A DNA stretch of 64,000 nucleotides from contig NC_068993.1 in NCBI RefSeq assembly GCF_001194135.2, positions 60,081,904 through 60,145,903 on the forward strand, given 5' to 3'. Both the position numbers and the translations under genes were made by a program. A model generated the notes under the pieces. It saw nothing but the letters and a program-made list of their open reading frames with translations. It was not told the DNA's origin and searched no databases. Origin of the DNA: Octopus bimaculoides (lineage: Eukaryota). Of the stretch, positions 1-11,793 are shown piece by piece. Each line of letters opens with the position of its first letter. The stretch's first letter is position 1.

Positions 1-116
1 ATATATCTGTCTGTCTGTTTATCTATCTATCCATATATATCTATCTTCCTCGACTACAACATCTCCACATATTGTATGTTTTATAGGTACATCAATACAC
101 ACATGCACATATATAT

Positions 117-335
117 GATCATCATCATCAGTTAACTTCCGTTGTCCATGCTGGTATGGGTTGGACGGTTCGACTAGTACTGGCAAGCTGCAAGGCTGCA
201 CCAGACTCCAGTCTTTCTTAACGCCAACCACTGAGAGTGTAATGGGCGCTTTTACGTGTAATGGGTGCCATTTGCGTGACACCAGCATCAGCCACGACTA
301 CGATTTCACTAGGCTTGGCGGGTCTTCTCAAGCAC
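117..335 (-). mobile_element. 3' end of an RTE-type LINE or RTE-tailed SINE with (GAT)n tail
   Basis: Minus strand ends ...CCAACCCATACCAGCATGGACAACGGAAGTTAACTGATGATGATGAT, a 3'-terminal motif plus short GAT-repeat tail typical of RTE-clade elements. Recognised by pattern only. Confidence 0.55.
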
Positions 336-392
336 AGCATATATGTATGTACACACACACACATGTATATATATATATATATATATACATAT

Positions 393-463
<71 letters not shown>

Positions 464-1310
464 NNNNNNNNNNNNNNNNNNNNNNNNNNNNNNNNNNNNN
501 NNNNNNNNNNNNNNNNNNNNNNNNNNNNNNNNNNNNNNNNNNNNNNNNNNNNNNNNNNNNNNNNNNNNNNNNNNNNNNNNNNNNNNNNNNNNNNNNNNNN
601 NNNNNNNNNNNNNNNNNNNNNNNNNNNNNNNNNNNNNNNNNNNNNNNNNNNNNNNNNNNNNNNNNNNNNNNNNNNNNNNNNNNNNNNNNNNNNNNNNNNN
701 NNNNNNNNNNNNNNNNNNNNNNNNNNNNNNNNNNNNNNNNNNNNNNNNNNNNNNNNNNNNNNNNNNNNNNNNNNNNNNNNNNNNNNNNNNNNNNNNNNNN
801 NNNNNNNNNNNNNNNNNNNNNNNNNNNNNNNNNNNNNNNNNNNNNNNNNNNNNNNNNNNNNNNNNNNNNNNNNNNNNNNNNNNNNNNNNNNNNNNNNNNN
901 NNNNNNNNNNNNNNNNNNNNNNNNNNNNNNNNNNNNNNNNNNNNNNNNNNNNNNNNNNNNNNNNNNNNNNNNNNNNNNNNNNNNNNNNNNNNNNNNNNNN
1001 NNNNNNNNNNNNNNNNNNNNNNNNNNNNNNNNNNNNNNNNNNNNNNNNNNNNNNNNNNNNNNNNNNNNNNNNNNNNNNNNNNNNNNNNNNNNNNNNNNNN
1101 NNNNNNNNNNNNNNNNNNNNNNNNNNNNNNNNNNNNNNNNNNNNNNNNNNNNNNNNNNNNNNNNNNNNNNNNNNNNNNNNNNNNNNNNNNNNNNNNNNNN
1201 NNNNNNNNNNNNNNNNNNNNNNNNNNNNNNNNNNNNNNNNNNNNNNNNNNNNNNNNNNNNNNNNNNNNNNNNNNNNNNNNNNNNNNNNNNNNNNNNNNNN
1301 NNNNNNNNNN

Positions 1311-1748
1311 GTAGAAGATGCACAGATTCCAACAAAGGTTGTGTGGAGTGATGAGGCCACATTCAAATTAAGTGGTTCAATTAACCACCACATTTGCATT
1401 TACTGGGGACCTGAAGATCCGCATGTTATGGTGCAGCACCATATTAATATACCAGGAGTTACAGTGTGGTGAGGTTTATCATCAAGAGGATTAACTGGAC
1501 CATTCTTTCTTGACGCTACTTTGTCTGGTCCCGTTTACTTGAACTTGCTGCAACAGTCTGCCATGCCAAGCATTAGAGAAGACTTTGAAGATGAGGAGTT
1601 TTATTTTCAGCAAGATGGGGCACCCCAACACTACCATCGTGATGTTAGATCCTTCCTTGATGAGATCTTGCCAAACAGGTGGATTGGACGAAGGGGCTTC
1701 TTTGAATACCCTCCACGTTCACCAGACCTCAAACCACTAGACTTTTTT
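1311..1748 (+). pseudogene. Tc1/mariner (DD41D, rosa/Visitor-type) transposase catalytic-domain remnant
   Basis: One frame gives VWSDEATF...[17 protein letters not shown]...[12 protein letters not shown]...RWIGRRG...[14 protein letters not shown], with a single in-frame TGA at 1470-1472. There are 41 residues between the QQD aspartate and the PLD aspartate. The 5' part is hidden in the N gap and the 3' part is truncated near 1748. Confidence 0.9.
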
Positions 1749-2041
1749 CTTAATAGTATCGACCCTGGAAAGGTGAGAGTTAAAGTGATGCCCAGGGTAA
1801 AAGGGGATGCAAACTTAGAGCGCAAGGCATTTTGTCGGATGCTCAACAAATTCTGGTATGTTCTAACAAACTATCGCAAAATTAACATCCTCATCTCTGT
1901 GTATCTGTTATTGCTGTTACCCAAACAACAACACGAATATTATTGTTTCTGCTGCAACTAACGATATTGCGCTTATTGCTACTCCTCATCTTCTACTACT
2001 ACTACTACCACCAGTAGTAGTACCAATACTACTTCTGCTGC

Positions 2042-2087
<46 letters not shown>

Positions 2088-2568
2088 NNNNNNNNNNNNN
2101 NNNNNNNNNNNNNNNNNNNNNNNNNNNNNNNNNNNNNNNNNNNNNNNNNNNNNNNNNNNNNNNNNNNNNNNNNNNNNNNNNNNNNNNNNNNNNNNNNNNN
2201 NNNNNNNNNNNNNNNNNNNNNNNNNNNNNNNNNNNNNNNNNNNNNNNNNNNNNNNNNNNNNNNNNNNNNNNNNNNNNNNNNNNNNNNNNNNNNNNNNNNN
2301 NNNNNNNNNNNNNNNNNNNNNNNNNNNNNNNNNNNNNNNNNNNNNNNNNNNNNNNNNNNNNNNNNNNNNNNNNNNNNNNNNNNNNNNNNNNNNNNNNNNN
2401 NNNNNNNNNNNNNNNNNNNNNNNNNNNNNNNNNNNNNNNNNNNNNNNNNNNNNNNNNNNNNNNNNNNNNNNGTAATATATATATATATATTACAACTGCT
2501 ACCACTTTTATCATCTCTTCGTTTTCTTTTTCCTTTACTACGACCACCACCACTTCTACTACTACTAT

Positions 2569-2623
<55 letters not shown>

Positions 2624-3084
2624 GTTGCATTTCTACTATTCCTGCTGCTGCTGCTACGACTGTCTTTGTTGTTGCCGTTAGCCTACCATATTCCCATTTC
2701 TGTCGTCACTTCCCATAATTCCACGTTTAGCCGCTGGGCTTTGAATGCAGTTTAACATATTAATCTCGTGAGGCTAATTAAAAACCAATCTCTTGGCTTA
2801 TCTATGTCTCTATGGAAACGCCGATAGCAACACCAACAAACACACGAAACATGCACAAACCCATTCGCGCACGCACACAGACACACACACAGATTACTCA
2901 CAGAGACACACGCGGACGCACATTTGCATAAACACATTCCTGAGTAAATATTGTTCATACTGAGGTAGCAAGATGGCAAAGAGGGTAGGGCGCCGTACTA
3001 ATTATCTTCTAATGCGTAATTTTGTCTCCCTCTCTGCATTTTTAGTTGGTGTTGTTATTATTAGAGCATTCGTCCTTGTAGTTT

Positions 3085-3165
3085 TGTTGTTGTTGTTGCC
3101 CCAGATCAGCCGAGCTACAGTCAATACCGTTCCAGCCGCGACAACCCCATCTTTCATTCAGACAG
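3085..3165 (-). mobile_element. Tail fragment of a (CAA)n-tailed interspersed repeat (family E)
   Basis: Resembles the tails at 6230-6300 (+), 21990-22060 (+), 23985-24065 (-) and 30120-30200 (+), which end in ...GACCTGGGG(C)TAAACAACAAC. Confidence 0.4.
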
Positions 3166-3204
3166 TGCATTTAGGACAGCGTTATCAAATGGCTTACCCA
3201 GTTT

Positions 3205-3350
3205 AATATCTCCGCCTTTGCAAAGGCGGAAGTATTGTTTCAGTCGTGTTTGTTTGTCCGTGGACAAGATATCTCAAGAACCGCTGGATGGATTCGGATG
3301 AAACTTTCAGGGATATTTGGCAAACCAATTACTATTTTTAACTGTCAAAG
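3205..3350 (+). mobile_element. 5' part of a putative Helentron-associated (HINE/DINE-1-like) non-autonomous element
   Basis: Perfect 20-bp palindrome TCCGCCTTTGCAAAGGCGGA at 3211-3230, followed by a GTTT/GTCC microsatellite-like stretch and GATATCTCAAGAACCGCTGGATGGATT. This layout is typical of HINEs. Confidence 0.4.
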
Positions 3351-3814
3351 CTAACATGAAGAAGCCTTCCCATTGGTTGGTTGATCGTGATTATTTTTGT
3401 TGCTGTTGTTGTTTAACCCTTGTACGACACAGATCCAGTTGAATTTTGATTCAACATATTTTAAAGATATCGCGGATGATTGCATCTGCAAGCCACGTGA
3501 TATGCCTTTCGTGATATGCTGCCTTGCAAACTGATATATCACGATATATAGAACTTCGTAGATATGTACAAACAAACCCTATAAATTTATCCTATAGAAT
3601 TAAATTGCTTTTTAAGCATTAACTCATACTTAAATGGATATAAATAGAAAATAGCATTAATATATAAGTGAGGTTGTAGGCCTCATAAATGGATTAGCAT
3701 GTAAGGGGATTCGGAAAGAGAGATTTGTCTATCTATCTATTTATCTATATAATTAAAAAAAAAAAAACTGAGAAGAAAATAAAAAGGAAACAAACAAACA
3801 AACGTGAGGACGTA

Positions 3815-3960
3815 GCACAAGCAATATATTAATATGACGCTCGGAGAAAGAAGCGAGTTGTTGTTTTACGTTTCGAACATCGCTCTTCGTCGGGAACGGG
3901 AACAGGAAAAACAGGAAAGTCCAGAGGGAAATAAGGAAGAAGGAGGAAATATCGCCAACA
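3815..3960 (-). mobile_element. Penelope-type terminal-repeat fragment containing a decayed hammerhead motif
   Basis: Minus strand reads GTTC CCGACGA A GAGC GAT GTTC GAAA CGTA AAAC. A related fragment with the core deleted lies at about 42065-42170. Confidence 0.5.
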
Positions 3961-4104
3961 GTTGAAACAATTGTAGTGATTTTAATAAAGCCTGTTCGTT
4001 CCATTTTTTTTTAATTTTTGTAAGATCTTTACGCTTAGTTTGAAACAATTTTTCTGAATCCATTCAAAAGTCACCCAATATAAAATGTAGAATCTCTTTT
4101 GTTT

Positions 4105-4235
4105 GGAAAAAAAAACAATAGCATCGAGTCCAGTACTTGACAGGTACTTCTTTTCATCGCCGCCGCAATGATGAAAGGTACAGTTGTCTTCAGTGCAATA
4201 TGAATTCAGGACGTAAAGAACTAAAAGAAACACCA
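4105..4235 (-). mobile_element. Degenerate tRNA-derived SINE, family A
   Basis: Diverged match to the copies at 13081-13295, 48665-48850 and 51344-51540. Confidence 0.5.
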
Positions 4236-4556
4236 CGAAAGGCTTTGTAGTGTTTCTTCTGCCAAAGTATTCTGTCTTCTCTTTAAGGGCAAAATAACAA
4301 TTTAAACACGAACACAGATCTTCCTCAATGAAGAGAAAATCAGATTCTCAAAAGAAATGTGAAGAATCGTAAAGACGTCGGCAGAGAATGAGACATGTCG
4401 CACTACAGCAGTTATATATCTCAGCTATTTATGGACTTGGGAAATATTCTGTATCTGTGACTTCATCTAAATTACCGTCGACCACGTATTCTATGTCATC
4501 TAACTACACTAACTGTTGTAGTTATGACTCACATTGCAGAAGGTTTATGTATAAGT

Positions 4557-4590
<34 letters not shown>

Positions 4591-4750
4591 TTGTGTGCGT
4601 GCGCGCGCGTGAGTGTGTGTGGGCGCGCGCGTTTATGAAAGTACATGCATACTAAGCAAAATTCGTCAAAATAATTCCATCTTTTGATGAGTTTAAAACC
4701 AATTTGATGATTACAACTAATTAATTAGTTTAACATAATTATTTTTATCA

Positions 4751-4819
<69 letters not shown>

Positions 4820-5097
4820 TGTGTGTGTGTACATATTCATTGTTTTTTTTAATTACATTTCTTCAATATACAGTTTTAATGTTTCTATAGTTTTTTTATT
4901 ATTGTATATTTATTAATTCTAATAACAAAGCTATCATACTCGTGTATATACATATATGTGTGTGTGTGTGAGTGTGTGTGTGTGTGTGTGTGAGTGTGTG
5001 TGTGTGTGTGTGAGTGTGTGTGTGTGTGTGCATCCATTTTTCTTAATGTTTCTATCTGTAACATATTAGAATGTTTAAGTTCGTCTGCTGGAGTATG

Positions 5098-5128
<31 letters not shown>

Positions 5129-5699
5129 GTGTGTTTTTTTTAAACTTGCTTGTGTGTCCGTTTGTTGATTTGTGTGCATATGTAAATGTGTATACGTGTA
5201 TATACGTGTTTGCGTGTACGTCAGATGTGTTTGTGCGTGTGTGTCTGCGTGTGTGTGTGTGTGTGTGTGTTTGTGTTTGTGTGTGTGTGATTTTGAGAAT
5301 GTCCTTACCTGTATGTTTGATTCAGCCTGAGTTTGAGGGTATGTCTGTGTGTTTCTGCGCGCGCGCGCGTGCATAAAAGTGTGTACGTGTGCATCAGTAT
5401 GTGTGTCTGTGTATGTAGGAGGTAATGTGGTGTGTACGTGTGTGTGTTTCGATGTGTTTGACCGTGCGAGTATGAGAGCATGTGTTTTATTTTTTTAATG
5501 TGTGTGCGTTTCTGCTTGTGTGCGTGGGTGTTTGTTTGTGCATATGTGTGTGTGTCTGTGTGCATGTATATATCTGTGTATATACGTCTGAGTGTATGTG
5601 TGTGTGTAGGTGTCTGTCTGTCTGTATTAGATGCGAGTAATTTATTTTGTCGTGCCTTAATTGAATTTTGAAATGCTCCAACTGATGGAGTTTTAGAAT

Positions 5700-6100
5700 A
5701 ATGAGATATTACAGACACCGTCATCCCCATCACCATCATCATCATCGTCCCCGCCACCACCACCACTGCTACCAACACTACTAACAATTTCAACAGCAAC
5801 AACGACACCACAATCACCACCACCACCACCACAATCCTTAACAGCACCGCCTCTACCCCGCTTCCACCAAACCAACACCTCCACTAAAACTACCAACAAT
5901 ATGGCAACAGCAGCAACAACAACGACGACGCCGCCTCCCACCATACTACCAGGAATAACCATAAAACCACCACCACCACCACCACCACCACCACCACCAT
6001 CTCTATTACCACCTCTATCGCCATCAACACTTCCACCAATATTAAAACGACCAAGAATAACAACACCGCTACCATCACCCACCACACCTCTCCCAATATT

Positions 6101-6131
<31 letters not shown>

Positions 6132-6140
6132 GCCATCGAG
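5700..6140. repeat. Cryptic (CCA/CAC/CAA)n low-complexity block
   Basis: Mosaic trinucleotide repeats. Similar blocks occur at 19560-20110, 24900-25150 and 57100-58260. Confidence 0.85.
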
Positions 6141-6430
6141 ATGAACCTCTACTCGACACTCGAGTTGCTAGAAATAACAGTCAAATTGAATTATGAAGAC
6201 TGGGCACATTGGATGATGACAAGCTGTTCATGTTTGAAATGCCTTTAGTCATACGTCAGCGCGGCTGGAAGAGACCTGGGCGTGAACAACAACAACAACA
6301 ACCTAAGCAAACGATGTATTCTCTATATAGACGACTTGCTAGAAATAGCAGCTAACTAAGTATCTCTCAGATTACTCCATCATATTAAAGGCAACGACGA
6401 TACACTGGATGATGTGGTGACGGTCATGGA
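6130..6430 (+). mobile_element. Degenerate family E interspersed repeat pieces
   Basis: Two GCTAGAAATARCAG motifs and a (CAA)n tail. The same motif recurs at about 24145 (-), 31615 (-) and 33970 (+). Confidence 0.45.
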
Positions 6431-6895
6431 TGAAACGCCTTTGCTTCATTGTTGACCTGCGAGTGAAACAACAGTAACACTACAACAAATAATCTACAAC
6501 TACTAACAATAAGAACACTACTGCTAACACACCATCACCACCACCACCATCATCACAATAACCTACGATTACAGCTACCTGTCCACCGCGATCCCCACCG
6601 CCATTGGCAAGTAGAGTACCCGTATTTGGTGAGTCGATATGCAAGAAATAGCTGACAAATGTCTTTAAGTTAGAACTTACAATCTTCTAAAGGAAGAATA
6701 CACTGAATAGTTTAGTCACGTGTATAATATCTCTGTAAATAATTTGGGATGGGCAAACCCGGAACGCTTTGATCCTATTTCTAACACATAAGAAATGGCG
6801 TCTATCAAAACATCAACAAACAGATATTACACCCCCCGACACCACCGTCGCCATCTTCAACAACAGTAACAGCAACAACGCCGCCATCACAACAC

Positions 6896-6934
<39 letters not shown>

Positions 6935-7384
6935 CAGTAGCAAGCAGTAGTAGTACAGAGCCATATTTTAACCTGGTGTCCTCTGCACATGGTTTCCACG
7001 AGCAAACTTTATCTCTTAATATAAATCTTGCAGCTTCTCCACATCTATGTGTCTGTCTGACATCTCAGCTGCTTAGTGCATAGTTTAATACTTACAATGT
7101 TATATGACTTTTAATTAGAATCGAGCATTCGGAGAGTGGAGAAAATTTGAAGCTTCTACAACTAAAGCTATTGGAATTTACATTGGAAAAGTTTGGTAAG
7201 GAATTGCTTCGATTATATAGATTTCCGCTCTTGTAAGTGAATAGAAATGTGGTTCTATGCCCAGAGTAAAACATAGTACTTTATTTTAATACTTTCGTAT
7301 ATTCAGAGGATAATATAACCATGTGATAGCCAAATAACAACACACGATCTCTAAATGCACGTTATCGTTCTCGCTTTTGCCAAA

Positions 7385-7625
7385 CCGCTAAGTAACAGTT
7401 GTCAAACGATGGTGGGGGACAAACACAGACACAAATAACAAAAACACGCATACATATATATATATACTGAAAGAATCCCGTCGTGTATATATATATATAT
7501 ACACACACACACACGATGGGATTCTTTCAGTTTCCGTCTATCAAATCCACTCACAAGGCTTCAAGGTGCCACGTAGTGGGACTGAACCCGGAACCATGCG
7601 GTTGGGAAACAAGTTTCTTGCTACA
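7385..7625 (-). mobile_element. Truncated composite tRNA-derived SINE (family B head with family C tail fragment)
   Basis: Reverse complement of the head seen at 15361-15510 (GGGTTCAGTCCCACT..GTGGCACCTTG), separated from a C-type fragment by a TA/CA microsatellite. Confidence 0.7.
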
Positions 7626-7669
7626 AAGCATTTTATAAGCATTTTATAATGTTTCTTTCTTTTCTGGAA

Positions 7670-7768
7670 ACTCGCCGCGGATCGGCAGCTGACGGCTCGT
7701 GGACCGGCACCGGTCCGTGGACCGGTGCCGGTCCGCGGACCACCTCTTTGAGTAGTACTGCTCTAGAG
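7670..7768. mobile_element. Right end of a hAT (Charlie-like) MITE
   Basis: GC-rich GGACC/GGTCC subterminal array, including a 16-bp perfect inverted repeat (7701-7716 and 7719-7734). The terminus TTTGAGTAGTACTG ends at 7760 and is followed by CTCTAGAG, which fits the NTCTAGAN target preference of Charlie elements. Confidence 0.7.
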
Positions 7769-10035
7769 ACTTTGGTAAATAATGTGGAATTACTTGTAAC
7801 ATCGGGTATGGTAAACGAATAGTTTTAGTTCTCTCCATAGATTCTAATAATGTAGTTATTGGCGTATATTATTACTGAACGACTGGTACGTACACGCTAA
7901 TGACTCGAAGGGGTGGCGGGTAGAGCGTGGCACCGGATACAACGAGAAATAAATCATTCGTTTACAGTGTGAATCAAATCACATGTGTTCAACTTGTAAA
8001 CACATACAGTAACATCTATCGAACACTAACAATATTAATTGAAGCAGAAGAAATAAAGACAGACGATAACAATTATGAAAAACAACAAAACAATTTTCTC
8101 TTTCTTCATTATGTAATAAGTTACACAGTAATTATTAGCTCTTCTCTGATTATGTTACAATTTTGTTTTTTTTTACATTGGTTTTGTTGTTTTTATTCGT
8201 ATAGCAATTGTTGTTGCTGTTGTTGATGCTGTTGATGCTGATGATGTTAATCTTCCAACATTAATTCCTGTACTTGTATTTTTCGTATAGATTTCCCCTA
8301 ACTTTGCTTTTATTCATAATGTTGTTGTTGTTGTTGTTGTTGGGGGTGGGGGGCGATGGGGGTTGTGGTGGCAGTTGTCGTTTTAGTTATTTAGTTTATC
8401 GCAGCGTTATATTTGTTCTCATCACACACACACAAACACACACACAAACACAAACACGCACGCACACACACACACACACACGCGCACGCACACACACACA
8501 CACACACACACACAGATATACACACAAACCCATGCACATACATATACATATATGGATAGAGAGATAGATATATACACACATAGCCAAACACAGGCACAAA
8601 CACGCACATACACGCGCATACACACACACGCACACACACACACAGACATGTAGAGATGGGGAGAGAGAGAATTAGCGCAAAAAAGCATAAATTTCACATT
8701 TAGTTCAAACTCTGTACTCCATAATAGATCCATTAAATTTATAGTCACAAAATACATAGAATATGGCTGGATCGCGTTTGATCATAGCTATGTTCCTTTA
8801 ATGCTGACATGCAACACCAGCAGCAACAACAATAATAATATAAAGATAAAGTATTAGGCATGTGTGTGCCCGCCACACCAAATACCTCCCTGAGAACTAA
8901 ACCGTGATGGACTCAGGAATTGAAACCTACAGCAATGACCGCAAAACATAGAGCGTACTAACTGTGCATAACCCCAAACTACAGAAATCTACTTTGGGAA
9001 GATCTTAAAGGAGTCCTGAGATGGTGAATAAAGGGAGTGAGCGATATTATGGTTGTAACAAGAACAAAATTATATTTGTGTCATAACAATAAAGTGAGAA
9101 ATGTGACGCAATATAGAAGAGATATTTATATGATGTTGATGAATTAACGAGAGGAGTTTAGTCCGTACGTATAAAACATTTGCAAGTTTTTAGGTGTAAT
9201 TGATGTGTGTAACACAGCGGTTAGTCTTTTGGTGTAACTCGTATGTATTAGATATATGAGAAAGAGGACAATATATTAAGTAACAGATTCGCCGGAGTAG
9301 TTCAGTGGAAATGTGTATCTATATGAATACTGTGGAGGGTTAAGTGGTTATTTGGATAAATGTAAGAAAATAGCAGTGTTGAGGATTGATAAATGTTAAA
9401 TATATGCAGTAGTAAGTTGATACAGAGATACAAGTGATAAGTGTAATTGAAGAGTAAATACATACAAGCAAAGGAAAATCAAATCAAAGTTACAGATAGA
9501 AGAGACAAGTAAAGTTAACGGTTTTAATTTAGTTGTTATAGTTGAGGAAGTGTTAACATAGTTTAATGAGCCAACATATTTCAATTAATTAGTTTTACCG
9601 TTACGTTATAATTTTTGTGCTGTATGGTGACAACTCCAGGGATGTACCTGCCTCATTAGATAGATTATTATACCTCTTCGCCAAGTATAGTCTTTATAAA
9701 AGTTAAGGTTCAATTAATATTAATCACTGAGCAGAGATTTTCATCCCATCACTGCATGCTCGATTCTAATTTTTAGGCAATAAGAAAATCAGAGTTGTCG
9801 CCTCCTTAGTTTTGTCCAGATTTGTTCAACATTAGACATTGCGCTGACATTTTCTTCACAATACAACTGTTATATAATTTAATTGGAATGTGTTTGCTCA
9901 TTACACTAAGTACTTTCACACTGAAGTAACTATAGTGTTTCGAATAGTATAGTTAGAAATATAGACTCAGGAGCATGCTAGAGTAGTTAAATAAAACTTT
10001 TAATACAGCTAGCGTATGTAAAAATTATGCATATG

Positions 10036-10080
<45 letters not shown>

Positions 10081-10901
10081 NNNNNNNNNNNNNNNNNNNN
10101 NNNNNNNNNNNNNNNNNNNNNNNNNNNNNNNNNNNNNNNNNNNNNNNNNNNNNNNNNNNNNNNNNNNNNNNNNNNNNNNNNNNNNNNNNNNNNNNNNNNN
10201 NNNNNNNNNNNNNNNNNNNNNNNNNNNNNNNNNNNNNNNNNNNNNNNNNNNNNNNNNNNNNNNNNNNNNNNNNNNNNNNNNNNNNNNNNNNNNNNNNNNN
10301 NNNNNNNNNNNNNNNNNNNNNNNNNNNNNNNNNNNNNNNNNNNNNNNNNNNNNNNNNNNNNNNNNNNNNNNNNNNNNNNNNNNNNNNNNNNNNNNNNNNN
10401 NNNNNNNNNNNNNNNNNNNNNNNNNNNNNNNNNNNNNNNNNNNNNNNNNNNNNNNNNNNNNNNNNNNNNNNNNNNNNNNNNNNNNNNNNNNNNNNNNNNN
10501 NNNNNNNNNNNNNNNNNNNNNNNNNNNNNNNNNNNNNNNNNNNNNNNNNNNNNNNNNNNNNNNNNNNNNNNNNNNNNNNNNNNNNNNNNNNNNNNNNNNN
10601 NNNNNNNNNNNNNNNNNNNNNNNNNNNNNNNNNNNNNNNNNNNNNNNNNNNNNNNNNNNNNNNNNNNNNNNNNNNNNNNNNNNNNNNNNNNNNNNNNNNN
10701 NNNNNNNNNNNNNNNNNNNNNNNNNNNNNNNNNNNNNNNNNNNNNNNNNNNNNNNNNNNNNNNNNNNNNNNNNNNNNNNNTATATATATATATATATATA
10801 TACACACACATACATACATATATATGTATGTATATGGAGCTACGCATGCGTAGCAAATAATGACATTCAAAGAATATAAGAAAGTTTTCTGAGTAGTTTA
10901 C

Positions 10902-10946
10902 CTTACAACTTGGATCACCCACGCCGTCCCCGTATGGCAGAAATAT
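10902..10946 (-). CDS. Candidate 45-nt internal exon of an unidentified gene (IFLPYGDGVGDPSCK in phase 0, or YFCHTGTAWVIQVV in phase 2)
   Basis: On the minus strand there is a strong acceptor TTTATTTTCAG| and a donor AAG|GTAAAC. The length is a multiple of 3 and the segment is GC-rich relative to its AT-rich flanks. No flanking exons were identified. Confidence 0.4.
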
Positions 10947-11482
10947 CTGAAAATAAATATGAGATATATTAATAGGGTAAACAATAAAAGTAAAACCGAT
11001 CCTCCCACCCCTCTCTCTCTCTCTCTCTCTCTCTCTGCTTCACTGAACACACACACGCTCATAAAATATAAGTACTTGTACATTGTTTTACAATCAACAT
11101 TTAGATCAATCAATACAGAGCAGTGAATATATGTTTTCCAATATAATTGATGGATCTTAACATTTTTATTATTATTAGCTTCTGTGTTATATATTTGGCC
11201 ATCCACGTCTTCTCCCACCGTCACTAATGGCCCAAGTCAAACTACATAGTTTTCAATTAATAATGTTTTCAAGAATGCAATGTAGCTTCATCACCATGCA
11301 CAATCTTAAAATTGGCACAGAACTTCTCGAATCTTCAGTCGACCTCAACTGAACAATTTAGATCCTTCATTTGTAGAACTATATTTATTGCCATCTAAGT
11401 CAGAATGTTTTGCTAAATCATACGCTAAATAACGAGCAGAGAAGCAAGCTCGTTCCATATTAAAAAGTAATTCAAAACATAA

Positions 11483-11793
11483 TAGGTTCTATATCTAAGA
11501 GATGAGGAATTATTTACATTATTTACATTTGACGGATATTTGTCCTCATCTTGTTTGTTGTTAACACAACGNNNNNNNNNNTTGTCCTCATCTTGTTTGT
11601 TGTTAACACAACGTTTCGGCTGATATACCCTCCAGCCTTCATCAGATGTCTTGGGGGAAATTTCGACACCTGGGTTCTTATTTCTAAGGTACTTTTCGAT
11701 GTTATTATTATAATTATCCAGGTCACTGCCTGGAATCGAACTCGGAATCTTGGGGTTAGTAGCCCGCGCTCTTAACCACTACGCCATATGCCC
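11483..11793 (-). mobile_element. tRNA-headed SINE with a Penelope-like, hammerhead-containing 3' body
   Basis: A box TGGCGTAGTGG (11786-11776), anticodon-like arm GGGCTACTAACCC and B box GTTCGATTCC (11741-11732). These are followed by a hammerhead core at 11650-11605 and an AATGTAAAT-repeat tail. A 10-N gap with duplicated flanks lies at 11572-11581. Confidence 0.8.
11605..11650 (-). ncRNA. Candidate minimal type I hammerhead ribozyme (SINE-embedded)
   Basis: GACAU-CUGAUGA-A-GGCUG(GAGGGUAUAU)CAGCC-GAAA-CG-UU|GUGUU. Stem I is 5 bp (2 G-U), stem II is 5 bp, stem III is reduced to the palindrome ACGU, and the cleavage triplet is GUU. Confidence 0.65.

Noticed and set aside
161-1472. Long ORFs of 300-400 aa spanning N gaps (also at about 10, 35, 37, 43, 47, 52, 55, 56, 58 and 60 kb)
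   Set aside because: They stay open only because of N runs and (TA)n/(CA)n translation (YIYI, HTHT, CVCV). Only the last ~54 codons of the 261-1472 frame are real, and they belong to the transposase.
5693-6248. Proline/threonine-rich or glycine/valine-rich ORFs resembling extensin or mucin
   Set aside because: They are by-products of mosaic (CCA/CAC)n repeats that are open in several frames on both strands, with no splice or domain evidence. The same applies to 19481-20128, 24688-25224 and 57101-58159.
7092-7274. Minus-strand ORF with donor ATT|GTAAGT and a PAN-like CRSF motif
   Set aside because: It lacks the upstream PAN cysteines and has a weak acceptor. It shares a 16-bp-plus diverged match (ATGCTCGATTCTAATT) with 9740-9772, pointing to an old repeat.
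11720-11793. tRNA gene
   Set aside because: It has A/B boxes and an anticodon-like arm, but no complementary acceptor stem or terminator, and it continues into a repeat body. It is treated as a SINE head, as are the other tRNA-like heads.
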